This document shows, one piece after another, positions 45,157-54,221 of a DNA stretch of 55,959 bases. Every line of letters begins with the position of its first letter. Position 1 is the first letter of the stretch. The stretch covers positions 1 to 55,959 of IMG/VR virus record IMGVR_UViG_3300036791_000391, one strand, 5' to 3'. Below the pieces are notes generated by a model. It made no database searches and was not told the DNA's origin. It saw nothing but the letters and a program-made list of their open reading frames with translations. The DNA comes from a virus (Duplodnaviria > Caudoviricetes). A program made the position numbers and the translations under genes.

Positions 45157-45420
45157 TCACTCAGCCCGGCAGCCACACCGGGGACAGCGCGGCGTGCCGG
45201 ATCGGGTGATGTGCCAGCCGCGCGACAACAGTTCCAGGGTGAGGAACACCTGACAGTCGCGGATCTCCATCGGGGTGTCGGTCCCCATCACCAGGTACAG
45301 CTGGCCCTCGCAACCGTTGCACCGGACCACGATCGGTTTCCTGTACAGCTCCGAGATACCCCAGACCTGGCAGAAGATCTGCAGCGTCCCGGGGTTATCC
45401 GCGAGGGTAGTGAGAACCAT
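45157..45420 (-). CDS. zinc-binding hypothetical protein
   Basis: RCNGC..RGW..RCPRC. Confidence 0.55.
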   Translation of the reverse strand: MVLTTLADNPGTLQIFCQVWGISELYRKPIVVRCNGCEGQLYLVMGTDTPMEIRDCQVFLTLELLSRGWHITRSGTPRCPRCGCRAE

Positions 45421-45440
45421 CAGATCGTCCCAATCAAGCG

Positions 45441-45689
45441 CTACGACGTTGCGCGCAGTTGGCCGATGGTCCGCATCATCGAAATGATGCGCGGCCCGGT
45501 GTCGCGGTCCTCGCGATCCTCAGTTGTCGGGAACACCGACACCGGGTAGTTCTCGTCAAGGAGCGCCATCAGATCATCCCAGCCAAGTTCGGACACCACG
45601 ACGTCGGCGATAACGGCGAACTGCGTGTGCGGGCCTAAAGGATCGAACTCGCGCTCAAGAATGCGGGCGATGTGCGCTCTGATGTCCAT
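45441..45689 (-). CDS. hypothetical protein
   Basis: GAAGGA RBS. Confidence 0.6.
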   Translation of the reverse strand: MDIRAHIARILEREFDPLGPHTQFAVIADVVVSELGWDDLMALLDENYPVSVFPTTEDREDRDTGPRIISMMRTIGQLRATS

Positions 45690-45721
45690 GTTTACTGTTT
45701 ACTGTCCTTCCAGTGGCGTGG

Positions 45722-46222
45722 TCACGAGTCGCCCCCGATCGGGCTGATGGGCGAGCTGGTCGGGCTGACGTTCTTCTGCTTTTCGGCGGCCCGGCGTCGG
45801 GCGGCGAACAGCGCCGCCTGCTTCGACGCCTCCACCCGCTCGTCGAACTCCTCGCGGTGAGCCTCGATCAGCCCGGCGATGGCGTGTAGCTCGGCGCTGA
45901 GCCGGTCCACCTTCACCACCCCGTAGGTGTTACTGGTCCGGTCGTAGTCGCGGTAGGTCATCATGCGGCCGCGCCGCATGTCCCGGGACAGCATCCCGGT
46001 CGGGTTGGTCTCCCACCGCGCCGAGTCCCGGGCCGCCGAAAAGCAGGTCATACACACCGTGAACGCGGTGCGCTGCTGCCCGTACTGTTTGAGCCGCCAG
46101 ACCAGTTGTTCCTTGGTGATGATGCTGGCCACGTCGCTGACGGCGCGTCCGCACTCGGTCAGCTCGTCGGTGCGCCACGGCAGCGAGTCGCGGATCACGT
46201 GGTCGCGCGGCTCGTCGGGCAT
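45722..46222 (-). CDS. hypothetical protein
   Basis: LPWR..LTECGR..VCMTC; start MPDEPRDH. Confidence 0.65.
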   Translation of the reverse strand: MPDEPRDHVIRDSLPWRTDELTECGRAVSDVASIITKEQLVWRLKQYGQQRTAFTVCMTCFSAARDSARWETNPTGMLSRDMRRGRMMTYRDYDRTSNTYGVVKVDRLSAELHAIAGLIEAHREEFDERVEASKQAALFAARRRAAEKQKNVSPTSSPISPIGGDS

Positions 46223-46400
46223 CACTCGACGCCCAACTGTTCGATGACCTCGTCGCGGGTGACCTGGCCGCTGTCGTACCGGCACAGGATGCACTCGCCC
46301 CGGTCGCCCACCGGCTGGCCGAGGAACCGGGCGGTGACGACGTGGCCCAGCATCTGGTGCAGGGTGGCGATGAACCAGCCGATGGTGTCGAGGCGCTTCG

Positions 46401-46766
46401 TCACGTGTACGCGTCCAGGTACGCGGCGGTGGACGTGGTCCACTGGTCCTTCCAGCCCCAGTCGTCCTTAACGTACTGCTTGAACTGCTGCTGGGTCAGC
46501 TCGACGGTGGTGTCGGTGGACCACTTCATCATGTCGATGGCGTCGTCGTAGTCGACGGTGTGGTTGTCGGGCGGCACGTTGCTGAGGATGCGGTGCAGCA
46601 TCTCGCCGCGATCCAGCTTCTCCAGCGCGGCCTCAAGCTCCTTGCGGGTCAGCTTGATGTACCCCAGCCGGGCCTTCTGGTAGGCGTCGGCGTGCTTGTC
46701 CCGGTTCTCCTCCAGGCGCGTCAGCAGCTCCTCTTTGTCGACCTGGATCGAAAATTCGCCTTTCAT
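46401..46766 (-). CDS. hypothetical protein
   Basis: GAGGAG RBS; LEENRDKH..DYDDAIDMM..YVKDDWGWK. Confidence 0.75.
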   Translation of the reverse strand: MKGEFSIQVDKEELLTRLEENRDKHADAYQKARLGYIKLTRKELEAALEKLDRGEMLHRILSNVPPDNHTVDYDDAIDMMKWSTDTTVELTQQQFKQYVKDDWGWKDQWTTSTAAYLDAYT

Positions 46767-46776
46767 GTCTCTCCTC

Positions 46777-47301
46777 TCAAATCGTCCCGAACCGACCGAA
46801 GTCGGGCAGTACCGGCTTGCCGTCCAGCCGACCGAACAGGTGCAGCACGTTGCTGGTGATGTTGATGTGCTCAGCGGTCGGCACGAAGCACTGGTACGCG
46901 TGCCCCTCACCGAACACGGCGTAGTGCATCAGCTTGAGATCCGCGTAGCCGGGTATCCGGGTGCGCATCTGGTAGCTGAAGCTGGCGTGCAGCCAGTCGG
47001 TTCCCGGGTCGCTCTCGAAGTCCAGGGTGACGATGATGCCCTTGCCGTTGCCGAGGATGAACCAGCCGTCCTCACCGAACGCCTGGGCCTTGTCCCACGT
47101 CCGGTCCCGCTCCCGCAGGCGGTGGTTGATGGCCTTGATGTCGATCAGCTCGGCGACCCGCCGCCCCATCGTCGGGTGGGGCCGATCACCCGCGACGTTC
47201 ATCTTGTAGATCAGCCAGTCGCGGAACTGCTCACGGCTCATGGTGGCCTTGGCCTCGGCGATCTCCGCGCGCCATCGGTCCCGGTCCTCGGGCTCAGTCA
47301 T
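46777..47301 (-). CDS. conserved phage protein (DUF7694-like)
   Basis: WLHASFS..P.YADL..AYQCFVP..HINI..VLHL. Confidence 0.6.
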   Translation of the reverse strand: MTEPEDRDRWRAEIAEAKATMSREQFRDWLIYKMNVAGDRPHPTMGRRVAELIDIKAINHRLRERDRTWDKAQAFGEDGWFILGNGKGIIVTLDFESDPGTDWLHASFSYQMRTRIPGYADLKLMHYAVFGEGHAYQCFVPTAEHINITSNVLHLFGRLDGKPVLPDFGRFGTI

Positions 47302-47457
47302 TGTGGGGCCTCGGGTACAGGTCCGGGTCGCTGGTATCCAGGCTGACGTACAGGGTGTCGATATCGGTGTCGGTGTGATGAGCCGCTTCGTGCAGCGGCT
47401 TGCACTCGTCCAGCGTCATGGTCGGATGCCAGGGGCATCTCATGTCGCCCAGTCTCA

Positions 47458-47868
47458 TCAGTCCATCCTTCCGATCTCGTCGTGCACCCGAGCGGCCAGC
47501 TGTTCGCGGAGCAGATCGACCTGATCGCTGTTCGGCACGTCGGGGTCCACGATCCCGATGCGCTGGTTGGCCCACGAGAACCAGCCGTCGACCAGCGCCG
47601 TCATCGGGATGTTGCCCCACGAGACCGGGCCGACGATCGCGGTCGCCTGGCCGATCCGGGTCGCCAGCCCTTCGCAGCGACCGGACCAGCTACCGCCCTC
47701 CTGCCACCGCTTCTGCGGCTGGCCGATCCACGTCGAGCCCAGGAACGCGTTGTAGGCATCCCAGAGCAGTCCCCAGAGATAGGTCAGCTCGTCCTTCACG
47801 AACTGCTCGGCGTCCCCGAGCTGGTTGGCCCGGTACATGGGTAGCTCGACCATCGGTATGTCGGTCAT
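47458..47868 (-). CDS. hypothetical protein
   Basis: Operon packing, GC3 bias. Confidence 0.65.
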   Translation of the reverse strand: MTDIPMVELPMYRANQLGDAEQFVKDELTYLWGLLWDAYNAFLGSTWIGQPQKRWQEGGSWSGRCEGLATRIGQATAIVGPVSWGNIPMTALVDGWFSWANQRIGIVDPDVPNSDQVDLLREQLAARVHDEIGRMD

Positions 47869-48122
47869 GCGATCATCTCCCGGGCCGCGCAGCGGAGGGT
47901 GTCGGGATCGGTACTGTCCACCGTGATCATCATCGACAAGCAGTGATGGCCGGGGCCGTACAGCTCGATGTTGACCAGGCCAACGGTCCCCTCGGCGAGC
48001 GGGTTACCGGTGTTGGTCTGCTCATAGACGAGCCATTCGCAGCCCTCGGGCAGCGGGGGCAGGCCGGTCAGTTTGAGTCGGCCGCCACCGATCCGGTCGA
48101 ACAGGTCGGTGACGAAACCCAT
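47865..48122 (-). CDS. hypothetical protein
   Basis: Overlaps on both sides. Confidence 0.6.
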   Translation of the reverse strand: MGFVTDLFDRIGGGRLKLTGLPPLPEGCEWLVYEQTNTGNPLAEGTVGLVNIELYGPGHHCLSMMITVDSTDPDTLRCAAREMIA

Positions 48123-48279
48123 CAGAACGCCCTCGATCCGAGCCGCAGCGACAGGGCGTCGAAGCCGGGTGTATCCACCAGCTCACGGTGCTCCGCACAG
48201 CCCTGGTACTTCGCCCCCGGGACCACCACGGCAGCGGTGCGTTTACCCCGGTTCAGGCAGATCACGCAATGGATTTCGA

Positions 48280-48462
48280 TCATTGGCCACGCCAGTGCGC
48301 CATCATCGCGTGAACTTCCGCGTCGGTCCCGTAGAACACGTCGTGCGGCATCAGGTCCGGGCTGTACCGGGTCGCTACCCACCGCGAGCCCACCTGGTCC
48401 ACGCGGAGCAACCGACCGTCCCGGGCGATGGCGTGCCCGGTGTGGTGCGGGCTGACGAGCAT
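48280..48462 (-). CDS. hypothetical protein
   Basis: GGAG RBS. Confidence 0.5.
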   Translation of the reverse strand: MLVSPHHTGHAIARDGRLLRVDQVGSRWVATRYSPDLMPHDVFYGTDAEVHAMMAHWRGQ

Positions 48463-48566
48463 TTCGGTCTCCGCTCATCACGGTAGATCTGGTTCACCGT
48501 GATCCCTTCCAGGCACGCCGAGGCTCGCCCCTAGAGACCAACCTCGGCGTGTCATCTGTCCCGGTG

Positions 48567-48902
48567 TTACTCGCCGCGCTCCTCGTACATCAGCGCCGTC
48601 TTCTCAAACGCCTCGGCCACAGCCTCGTCGTCCAGGCCGCGGTCCTCGTCCAGCGAATTCAGCGACTGCGTATACGTGCGGCCGGTGATCTCCTTCACCT
48701 TCTCGGCTACCGCCGTTGACATGTCTCGCAGCGCCGCTCTCCACTCAAAGTGTGAATCGGTGTTGAACTCGTTGAGGGTGACCTCTTTAAGGCTGCGCAC
48801 CATGTTGCGGGTCGGCGTGCAATAACACACCCGCTCGTCCTCCCGCCTGCCGAACCGTCGAACACTGACTGCTGCCTGCCGGATCATCTCTGACTTCTTC
48901 AC
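48567..48902 (-). CDS. hypothetical protein
   Basis: GAGGA RBS; GTG start. Confidence 0.6.
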   Translation of the reverse strand: MKKSEMIRQAAVSVRRFGRREDERVCYCTPTRNMVRSLKEVTLNEFNTDSHFEWRAALRDMSTAVAEKVKEITGRTYTQSLNSLDEDRGLDDEAVAEAFEKTALMYEERGE

Positions 48903-49138
48903 CTGTTCCTCTCCTCGGCGGCACCGTGCCGCCGTAGCTTCCAGACACGCCGTACCCAGCCACGGATCAGCCGGTACTTCCGTTTCGGCCACATGAGGTG
49001 CCACCAGAGCCGGTCCCCCGGCTCAGCCGGGGCGACCAGCCAGGGCGGCACGTCGTAGATCAGGCAGATCTCCCTCTTGTTCAGCCTCCGCTGCTCCTCG
49101 AAGTTCGCTGCCGTGGTCGGCGGCCTCTGCTTGGGCAT
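48899..49138 (-). CDS. hypothetical protein
   Basis: AAGGAGG RBS; EICLIYDVPPWLV. Confidence 0.6.
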   Translation of the reverse strand: MPKQRPPTTAANFEEQRRLNKREICLIYDVPPWLVAPAEPGDRLWWHLMWPKRKYRLIRGWVRRVWKLRRHGAAEERNR

Positions 49139-49784
49139 CGTCCTCCTTCTCTGATCCGCGCTCGTAGACGGTGATGTCGTCGTGCAGTCCCCACCACTGG
49201 ACCGGCCGGTGTTCCGCGACCGGATGCCACTCGGCGTTCAGCAGGTCGTGCAGCCCCTCGTCGCCCGTGCAGCCGCCGCCGCTCTCGCCGATGTAGATGA
49301 CCTTGTGCCCCTCGTACGCGCGCAGGATGTCCTCGCCCGCGCGCTGCGAGTACGGCGGCCAGGCCAGGAACAGCACCCGGCCGGGGTGCTTCCGCACGGC
49401 GTCGGTGCCGTCCATCTTCTCGACCGACACCCAGCAGGTCGCGCCGACGTGCCACGGGTTGCCCTTCGGGCTCTCCGTGTGGGGCGGGTACTGGTCGTAG
49501 CTGGCCACGTCCACCCCGACCTGGCCGAGCACATAGCCCCAGTAGCCGGTGCCCGCCATCGGGTCCACCAGCCCGTCCGCGAGGCAGTGCACGGCGACGA
49601 ACGCGACGGTCTCCGGGTGGGTCACGGTCCAGGCGTAGCGCGCCACGAATTCGTTCCGGTCCAGCACCGGCTCGTACTGGAGGTTCTCCCGGAAGTTGAA
49701 CCGCTCGATCTGCAGGCCGCGCTCCCACGGCCACTCGCCAGGCTTCGCGTGATCCCTCACGTCGTCCCAGTACGGGTTGTGCAT
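49023..49784 (-). CDS. SAM-dependent methyltransferase-like protein
   Basis: VDPMAGTGYW, VASYD, LFLAWPPY, VIYIGE..GCTG. Confidence 0.7.
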   Translation of the reverse strand: MHNPYWDDVRDHAKPGEWPWERGLQIERFNFRENLQYEPVLDRNEFVARYAWTVTHPETVAFVAVHCLADGLVDPMAGTGYWGYVLGQVGVDVASYDQYPPHTESPKGNPWHVGATCWVSVEKMDGTDAVRKHPGRVLFLAWPPYSQRAGEDILRAYEGHKVIYIGESGGGCTGDEGLHDLLNAEWHPVAEHRPVQWWGLHDDITVYERGSEKEDDAQAEAADHGSELRGAAEAEQEGDLPDLRRAALAGRPG

Positions 49785-50203
49785 CAGTCCCCCTTCAGGT
49801 CGGGATTCACCTCGATGAAGGGCATCGCCCCGGGCAGCGCGTTCCACAATTCGCGCGGCATGCAGAAGCTGGCCTGTTCGGTCCCGATGCCGAGCAGGAA
49901 CAGCTGCTCCATGACCAGGTGCTGCCCGGTCCACTGGTTGCCGTCCTTGTCGTCGCAGGCGTTCAGGAACGACCACCCGCCCCCACCGCCCGACTCGTGG
50001 GGCTGGAACTGATCGGGGAGTTGGGCCAGCATCCCACCGATCTCCCGGCGTCGGCGAGCTAATTTCTTCACGGCGAAGTGAGCGGTGTGCACGATGCCCT
50101 GCACGGTGATCGTCGGGTGGCTCTCCGCGCCGTGCGCGAGGCAATCCTCGAACACCCGGGTCACGTGCTCGGAGCTGAGCGGCGAGTCGCGGTGGTCGGT
50201 CAT
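49784..50203 (-). CDS. conserved phage hypothetical protein
   Basis: GGGWSFLNACDDKDGNQWTG.H..MEQL. Confidence 0.7.
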   Translation of the reverse strand: MTDHRDSPLSSEHVTRVFEDCLAHGAESHPTITVQGIVHTAHFAVKKLARRRREIGGMLAQLPDQFQPHESGGGGGWSFLNACDDKDGNQWTGQHLVMEQLFLLGIGTEQASFCMPRELWNALPGAMPFIEVNPDLKGD

Positions 50204-50508
50204 CGTGGTCACCCGGCCCCGGCGCAGTCGGGGCAGATCAGCTCGCCCCAGAACAGGTCTCGGACTCGGCAGTTCGGGCAAATTCTGTGCATTCCTCTCC
50301 TCACACTCGTCGTTGCGCTACGTCGCGCAGGTGATACTGCACGCCATCCGAACCCCAGCAGGTCAGACAGCCACACGCGTGGTCTCCTTTATGGCCCGGC
50401 CTCAGCAGGCACTCATGGGGACGGTCGATGGGTCGGATGGACCCACCGATGATGCATCGGTACTCCGACTGCCGCGTCTGAGCGCCGCAGATCATCAGGT
50501 CAGCCGGG

Positions 50509-50739
50509 TCACCACGACAGGATCTGTGTCGAATCCAGGTCGGCGACGGCGTCGGCCAGGCCCTCCACGGAGTCTCGGGCCTCGGCCTCGGCGTCGGGTA
50601 GCTCGGGGACGTTCACGCCCTGCTTCGCCCGGTCCAGCAGCAGCCGGGACGACGCCGCGATGTCCATCAAATCCCCCACGTAGTCGTCTTTGCCGTTCTT
50701 GTTGCGCTGCAATCGTTTTGGCATTTGGATCCCCTTCAT
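50509..50739 (-). CDS. hypothetical protein
   Basis: ATGA overlap. Confidence 0.55.
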   Translation of the reverse strand: MKGIQMPKRLQRNKNGKDDYVGDLMDIAASSRLLLDRAKQGVNVPELPDAEAEARDSVEGLADAVADLDSTQILSW

Positions 50740-51101
50740 CCGGACACCGCCGCGTGGGCGTGTGCCTTGAACAAGCCGTGGTCGGTTCGCCACATCAGCC
50801 CCTTGGCTTGCATGTGATACAGCCGGTTATAGGCGGTTTTCTTGTCCATCTCGAAGTACTCGGCCACCTCCAGCGCGGTGACTCCGTCCTTGGCCCGGGC
50901 CAGGTTGATGATCTGCTCGGCCAGGTCGGACGTGGGTGGCGCCTTGGGCACCTTTTTAGGCGGCGGTTTCTTCTCGGGTTTCGAGGACTCGATAGCTTTC
51001 ATCGACGGCCGCTTGCGGGCCGCCAGCGCGGCATCGATGTGCTTGAACGCGGCGACCTCTTCGGGGGTGCCCTCGACCGTCAGGTCCGGATACATCTTCA
51101 T
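50736..51101 (-). CDS. winged-helix DNA-binding protein
   Basis: GVTALEVAEYFEMDKKTAYNRLYHMQAKGLM. Confidence 0.7.
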   Translation of the reverse strand: MKMYPDLTVEGTPEEVAAFKHIDAALAARKRPSMKAIESSKPEKKPPPKKVPKAPPTSDLAEQIINLARAKDGVTALEVAEYFEMDKKTAYNRLYHMQAKGLMWRTDHGLFKAHAHAAVSG

Positions 51102-51325
51102 CGCTGTCCCCGTTGGCTGATCGACACCATCTGACCCATGTAGCCGGACCCGATGCCGGTGACCACGCCCCGGCTGTACCGTTCACGCTTCTCGGTCGTG
51201 TCGGCCCACCACGGCGGCGGCACAACCACGGTCTCCCCCACCACTAGTTCACCCTCGCCAACCCAGCGGTACGTTAGCTCCTTGCTGTCGCCGCCGATGG
51301 CGACCCGCACAATTTGCTCGGTCAT
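51098..51325 (-). CDS. hypothetical protein
   Basis: LTY..L.VGETVVVP..GVV. Confidence 0.65.
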   Translation of the reverse strand: MTEQIVRVAIGGDSKELTYRWVGEGELVVGETVVVPPPWWADTTEKRERYSRGVVTGIGSGYMGQMVSISQRGQR

Positions 51326-51603
51326 CGCCGCTTCCCCCAGATCGCCGTCTCGTGCCGGAGCGCGAACGCGACATGGGCGCGGGCGTTCTGCGCGCCGTAG
51401 TAGGTGCGGCCCAGCCGGGTCGCCATATCGAAGGTGGTGTCGTCGTGCTCGATCATCGACACCAGCATCGACACGTCGTCGTCGGACCAGACCGAGCCCA
51501 CGTTGAACGCGCCCTTTTTGGACTTCTCGTTGAGGTACGCGGCGACGGACTTGCCGTACTTGCGCGCCTCGGCCTGAATCGACACGGCCTTCCTAGCGGC
51601 CAT
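51322..51603 (-). CDS. Myb/HTH-like hypothetical protein
   Basis: WSDDDV..MATRLGRTY; AAGGAG RBS. Confidence 0.6.
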   Translation of the reverse strand: MAARKAVSIQAEARKYGKSVAAYLNEKSKKGAFNVGSVWSDDDVSMLVSMIEHDDTTFDMATRLGRTYYGAQNARAHVAFALRHETAIWGKRR

Positions 51604-51832
51604 CGTTCTCCTTATCCTCGGCGGCCTGAACCGCACCGATCACGGCGTCTGCCTGTTGCAGAATCAGCCTGATTTCCCGCTCCATGTGCCGCAGCATCTC
51701 GCTGGGCTTGGTCAGCCCGTGGGTGTCCGCCCGTTTAGCCAGCGTGCCGAACTGGGCCGCGAGCGAGCCCATCCCGGGTGTCATCGACGCCAGGCTGTCC
51801 CGGGCCATCTGGCATAGCCCCTCGGCGGTCAC
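51593..51832 (-). CDS. hypothetical protein
   Basis: GTGA overlap. Confidence 0.55.
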   Translation of the reverse strand: MTAEGLCQMARDSLASMTPGMGSLAAQFGTLAKRADTHGLTKPSEMLRHMEREIRLILQQADAVIGAVQAAEDKENDGR

Positions 51833-52491
51833 CGATCCGGCCCGCCCGGTCCGGTGAGATCCCGGTTGAACCCCTCCGCGACGTTCACGAACCGCTCGAT
51901 CAGGTTCTGCACCGCCTCCGGGCCGATCTCCCAGCCCTCCTCGATGATCTCCACCAGCTCCGGCGGCATCTCCCGGACGATCTCCAGGCCCAGCGCCATC
52001 GCCTCCCCGAACCGGCCACCGACCTTCGGGCCGACCTCCAGACGCGAATCGATCCAGTCGCCCAGCGTGGGCGGCTTATCCGGGTACCGAGTCAGCGGGG
52101 CGTGAACCATTCCGCCCCGGCCGCGCCGATCCGAGCACATCAGGATCACCGCCTCGGTCCGGTCGGGGCGTTCCCGGATCGGTGTGGTGACCGTGCCCCG
52201 GGAGACATCCACGTCGGGGTCGTCCCGGTCCACCATGGCCATGTACCCGGTGGTGACCGTGACGCACTCGGTGGCTTGACCCACGGCCAGGGTGGCGGTG
52301 ATCCACCTAGCGAGCTTGTCCTTGGCCTCGTCGTCCTTCATCAGCTCGCCCATCGACATCAGCCCGGGGCCGTGCGGCCCTAGCCACAGCAAGATCGGCA
52401 TGATGTCGTCGTCGGGGTCGGTCAGCCCCTCGACACACTCCCGGGAATGCGTCTTGGCGTGCTCGACCAAATCGGGCACGGATGGGGCCAT
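51829..52491 (-). CDS. hypothetical protein (paralog of 26933..27577)
   Basis: Start MAPSVPDL after GAAAGGA. Confidence 0.7.
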   Translation of the reverse strand: MAPSVPDLVEHAKTHSRECVEGLTDPDDDIMPILLWLGPHGPGLMSMGELMKDDEAKDKLARWITATLAVGQATECVTVTTGYMAMVDRDDPDVDVSRGTVTTPIRERPDRTEAVILMCSDRRGRGGMVHAPLTRYPDKPPTLGDWIDSRLEVGPKVGGRFGEAMALGLEIVREMPPELVEIIEEGWEIGPEAVQNLIERFVNVAEGFNRDLTGPGGPDR

Positions 52492-52562
52492 TTGGTTCCT
52501 TTCATCGGGACCGGCCTGTTGCCGATCCAGGGTCTGACTATAGCTAGCGCAGTAACAGTTGG
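52492..52562 (-). promoter_or_regulatory. cassette variant
   Basis: AACTGTTACTGCGCTAGC-TATAGT; GATCGGC-AACAG-GCCGGTC 52509-52527; GAAAGGA. Confidence 0.75.
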
Positions 52563-52636
52563 CTAACCGATTCGATGATCTCCCCTTCGCGCCAGGACCA
52601 CCGCCCTGGCGCTCAGGCAGACCACGATCATCTCGG

Positions 52637-52972
52637 TCAGCTGTACTCGGGGCAGAAGTGCCACTCCGCACCCATCACCATCGCGATGATCTGCTCGGCG
52701 GTGTAGTCGTCAGGTGAGTACGCAAGTTCGCGCTCCACCTGCCGCCTGCTGTAGCCCTCATACCGTTCCGCGCAGAGCCGTGAGCCGAGGTCAGCAGCAT
52801 TCCATTGATCCTCGTGGCGGAGGCCCGCGTACCTCAGCTCGTCCCGGTAGTTGACGGCGCTGTGGTCACCCTGGGCACCGATGGTCGCGATGGTGGCCCC
52901 TGCGGGTGACGCCATCGCGATACCAAGCGAGACCATTCCGGCGGCGAGACCGCCCAGGATCACCCGGCGCAT
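52637..52972 (-). CDS. secreted DUF732-like protein
   Basis: Signal peptide; LGSRLC..AEWHFCP. Confidence 0.7.
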   Translation of the reverse strand: MRRVILGGLAAGMVSLGIAMASPAGATIATIGAQGDHSAVNYRDELRYAGLRHEDQWNAADLGSRLCAERYEGYSRRQVERELAYSPDDYTAEQIIAMVMGAEWHFCPEYS

Positions 52973-53367
52973 CAGACCGTGCTCCCATTGCTCGGTGGGC
53001 CGATTGGTTCTAGTGCGTGTCCGATCAGCCAGGGGCAGTACGCCCCCTCCGCTGCGCCGACAAAATACAGCGAGTCCGCAAGCGGTAGGAATCCGCCATT
53101 TGAGGTGGACCACCGGCCGATCCTCCGGGCCTCATCCGGCACAGTGATCCCGGTGGACAGGTCCAAGCAGACGTTGTGCGCGGTATTGATCAGGGTGTAA
53201 TCCTCCCCGTGCAGGGCAGTGAGCCCGTCATCAGCCATCGCCGCCAGGAACGCGGCGTCATCGGAGTCAGCGTGTGCAACACCGATACCAGACCCCATCA
53301 GGCCTGAGAAAGGTAAGACCGCAATACCGACTGCGGCCACTACCTTCAGGATGGTTACCCGGCGCAT
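52972..53367 (-). CDS. secreted DUF732 protein
   Basis: AHADSDDAAFLAAM..AHNVC.DL..FVGAAEGAYCP. Confidence 0.8.
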   Translation of the reverse strand: MRRVTILKVVAAVGIAVLPFSGLMGSGIGVAHADSDDAAFLAAMADDGLTALHGEDYTLINTAHNVCLDLSTGITVPDEARRIGRWSTSNGGFLPLADSLYFVGAAEGAYCPWLIGHALEPIGPPSNGSTV

Positions 53368-53747
53368 CAGACGCTCCCCACCATGGTGGCGGGGCTCGGG
53401 GAGTCGATCACGGCCTGCCAGGCGGTGGGGCAGAACACGATGGCCGCGTCCTCCACCTGATCCAGCATGTTCTGGTAAGTCATGGGGAGGCTGGGCGACC
53501 AGTTGTAATTGGCGATCCGGTGGGCATCCCAACCGTTGTAGCGCATCTCAGCGCAGACCGTGCCCGCAAATCTAATGGCCTGTGACGTGTCGGTGACCGT
53601 GAGACCGTCGTTGTTCATCATCTGCAGATAGACCAGGGTGTCATGGTCGATGGGCGCAGCGCTCGCCGACCCGGCGAGGGTGATCCCGGTGGCCATCGCC
53701 CCCACGATCCCGAGGGCGGCGATACCGCCCCTGACACTGTTCTTCAT
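53367..53747 (-). CDS. secreted DUF732-like protein
   Basis: Signal peptide; YLQMM..AGTVC..AAIVFCP. Confidence 0.75.
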   Translation of the reverse strand: MKNSVRGGIAALGIVGAMATGITLAGSASAAPIDHDTLVYLQMMNNDGLTVTDTSQAIRFAGTVCAEMRYNGWDAHRIANYNWSPSLPMTYQNMLDQVEDAAIVFCPTAWQAVIDSPSPATMVGSV

Positions 53748-53789
53748 GTCGTGCTTCCTTTCAACCGGACCCGGCCCATTGCCGTGGTC
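53748..53789 (-). promoter_or_regulatory. cassette hairpin plus RBS
   Basis: GACCACGGC-AATGG-GCCGGGTC then GAAAGGA. Confidence 0.6.
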
Positions 53790-53848
53790 TCGCGCCCTGC
53801 CCCGGGCTCGCACCGGGGTCGCCGCTAACGCTCAGGGCTCCTGCGCTG

Positions 53849-54013
53849 TCAGGCCATCACCTCCTCCCGGTTCCGGCGCACCCACGCGGGGAGCTGCGCG
53901 GAGCCGACGCAGTCACACTGGTCGGAGGTATCGGCCTGCGATGGCCATGTCCATACGAGCGCCGATGCTGCGACAGCGGCGCTCGCCAACCACACCTTGC
54001 CCTTACCGTTCAT
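53849..54013 (-). CDS. small secreted or membrane peptide
   Basis: MNGKGKVWLASAAVAASALVW; ATGA overlap. Confidence 0.5.
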   Translation of the reverse strand: MNGKGKVWLASAAVAASALVWTWPSQADTSDQCDCVGSAQLPAWVRRNREEVMA

Positions 54014-54159
54014 CGGATAACGCTTCTGTAAAGCGCCTTGCACTCGTGCCCGAAGCCGATGGCTTCGAGCGGGCCGTCAACGATGACTCCGCAATGCTCG
54101 CACTCGTAATCCTCGTATACGACGTACCCGTTCGTAATCCAGTCTGCGGTGTCCACCAT
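54010..54159 (-). CDS. 49-aa zinc-binding protein
   Basis: Manual ORF ECEHCG..GHEC. Confidence 0.5.
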   Translation of the reverse strand: MVDTADWITNGYVVYEDYECEHCGVIVDGPLEAIGFGHECKALYRSVIR

Positions 54160-54185
54160 TCCAACCTTCCTTGTCCCGTTCCTTG

Positions 54186-54221
54186 TCAAGCACTAATCGC
54201 GTACTTGGTGACATCGATCAT
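54186..54221 (-). CDS. 11-aa peptide MIDVTKYAISA
   Basis: Directly follows consensus CAGGAGATTCGC RBS. Confidence 0.4.
   Translation of the reverse strand: MIDVTKYAISA

Noticed and set aside
49023-49138. 116-nt overlap between the methyltransferase-like gene and the next gene
   Set aside because: Likely simple run-on of a non-conserved tail
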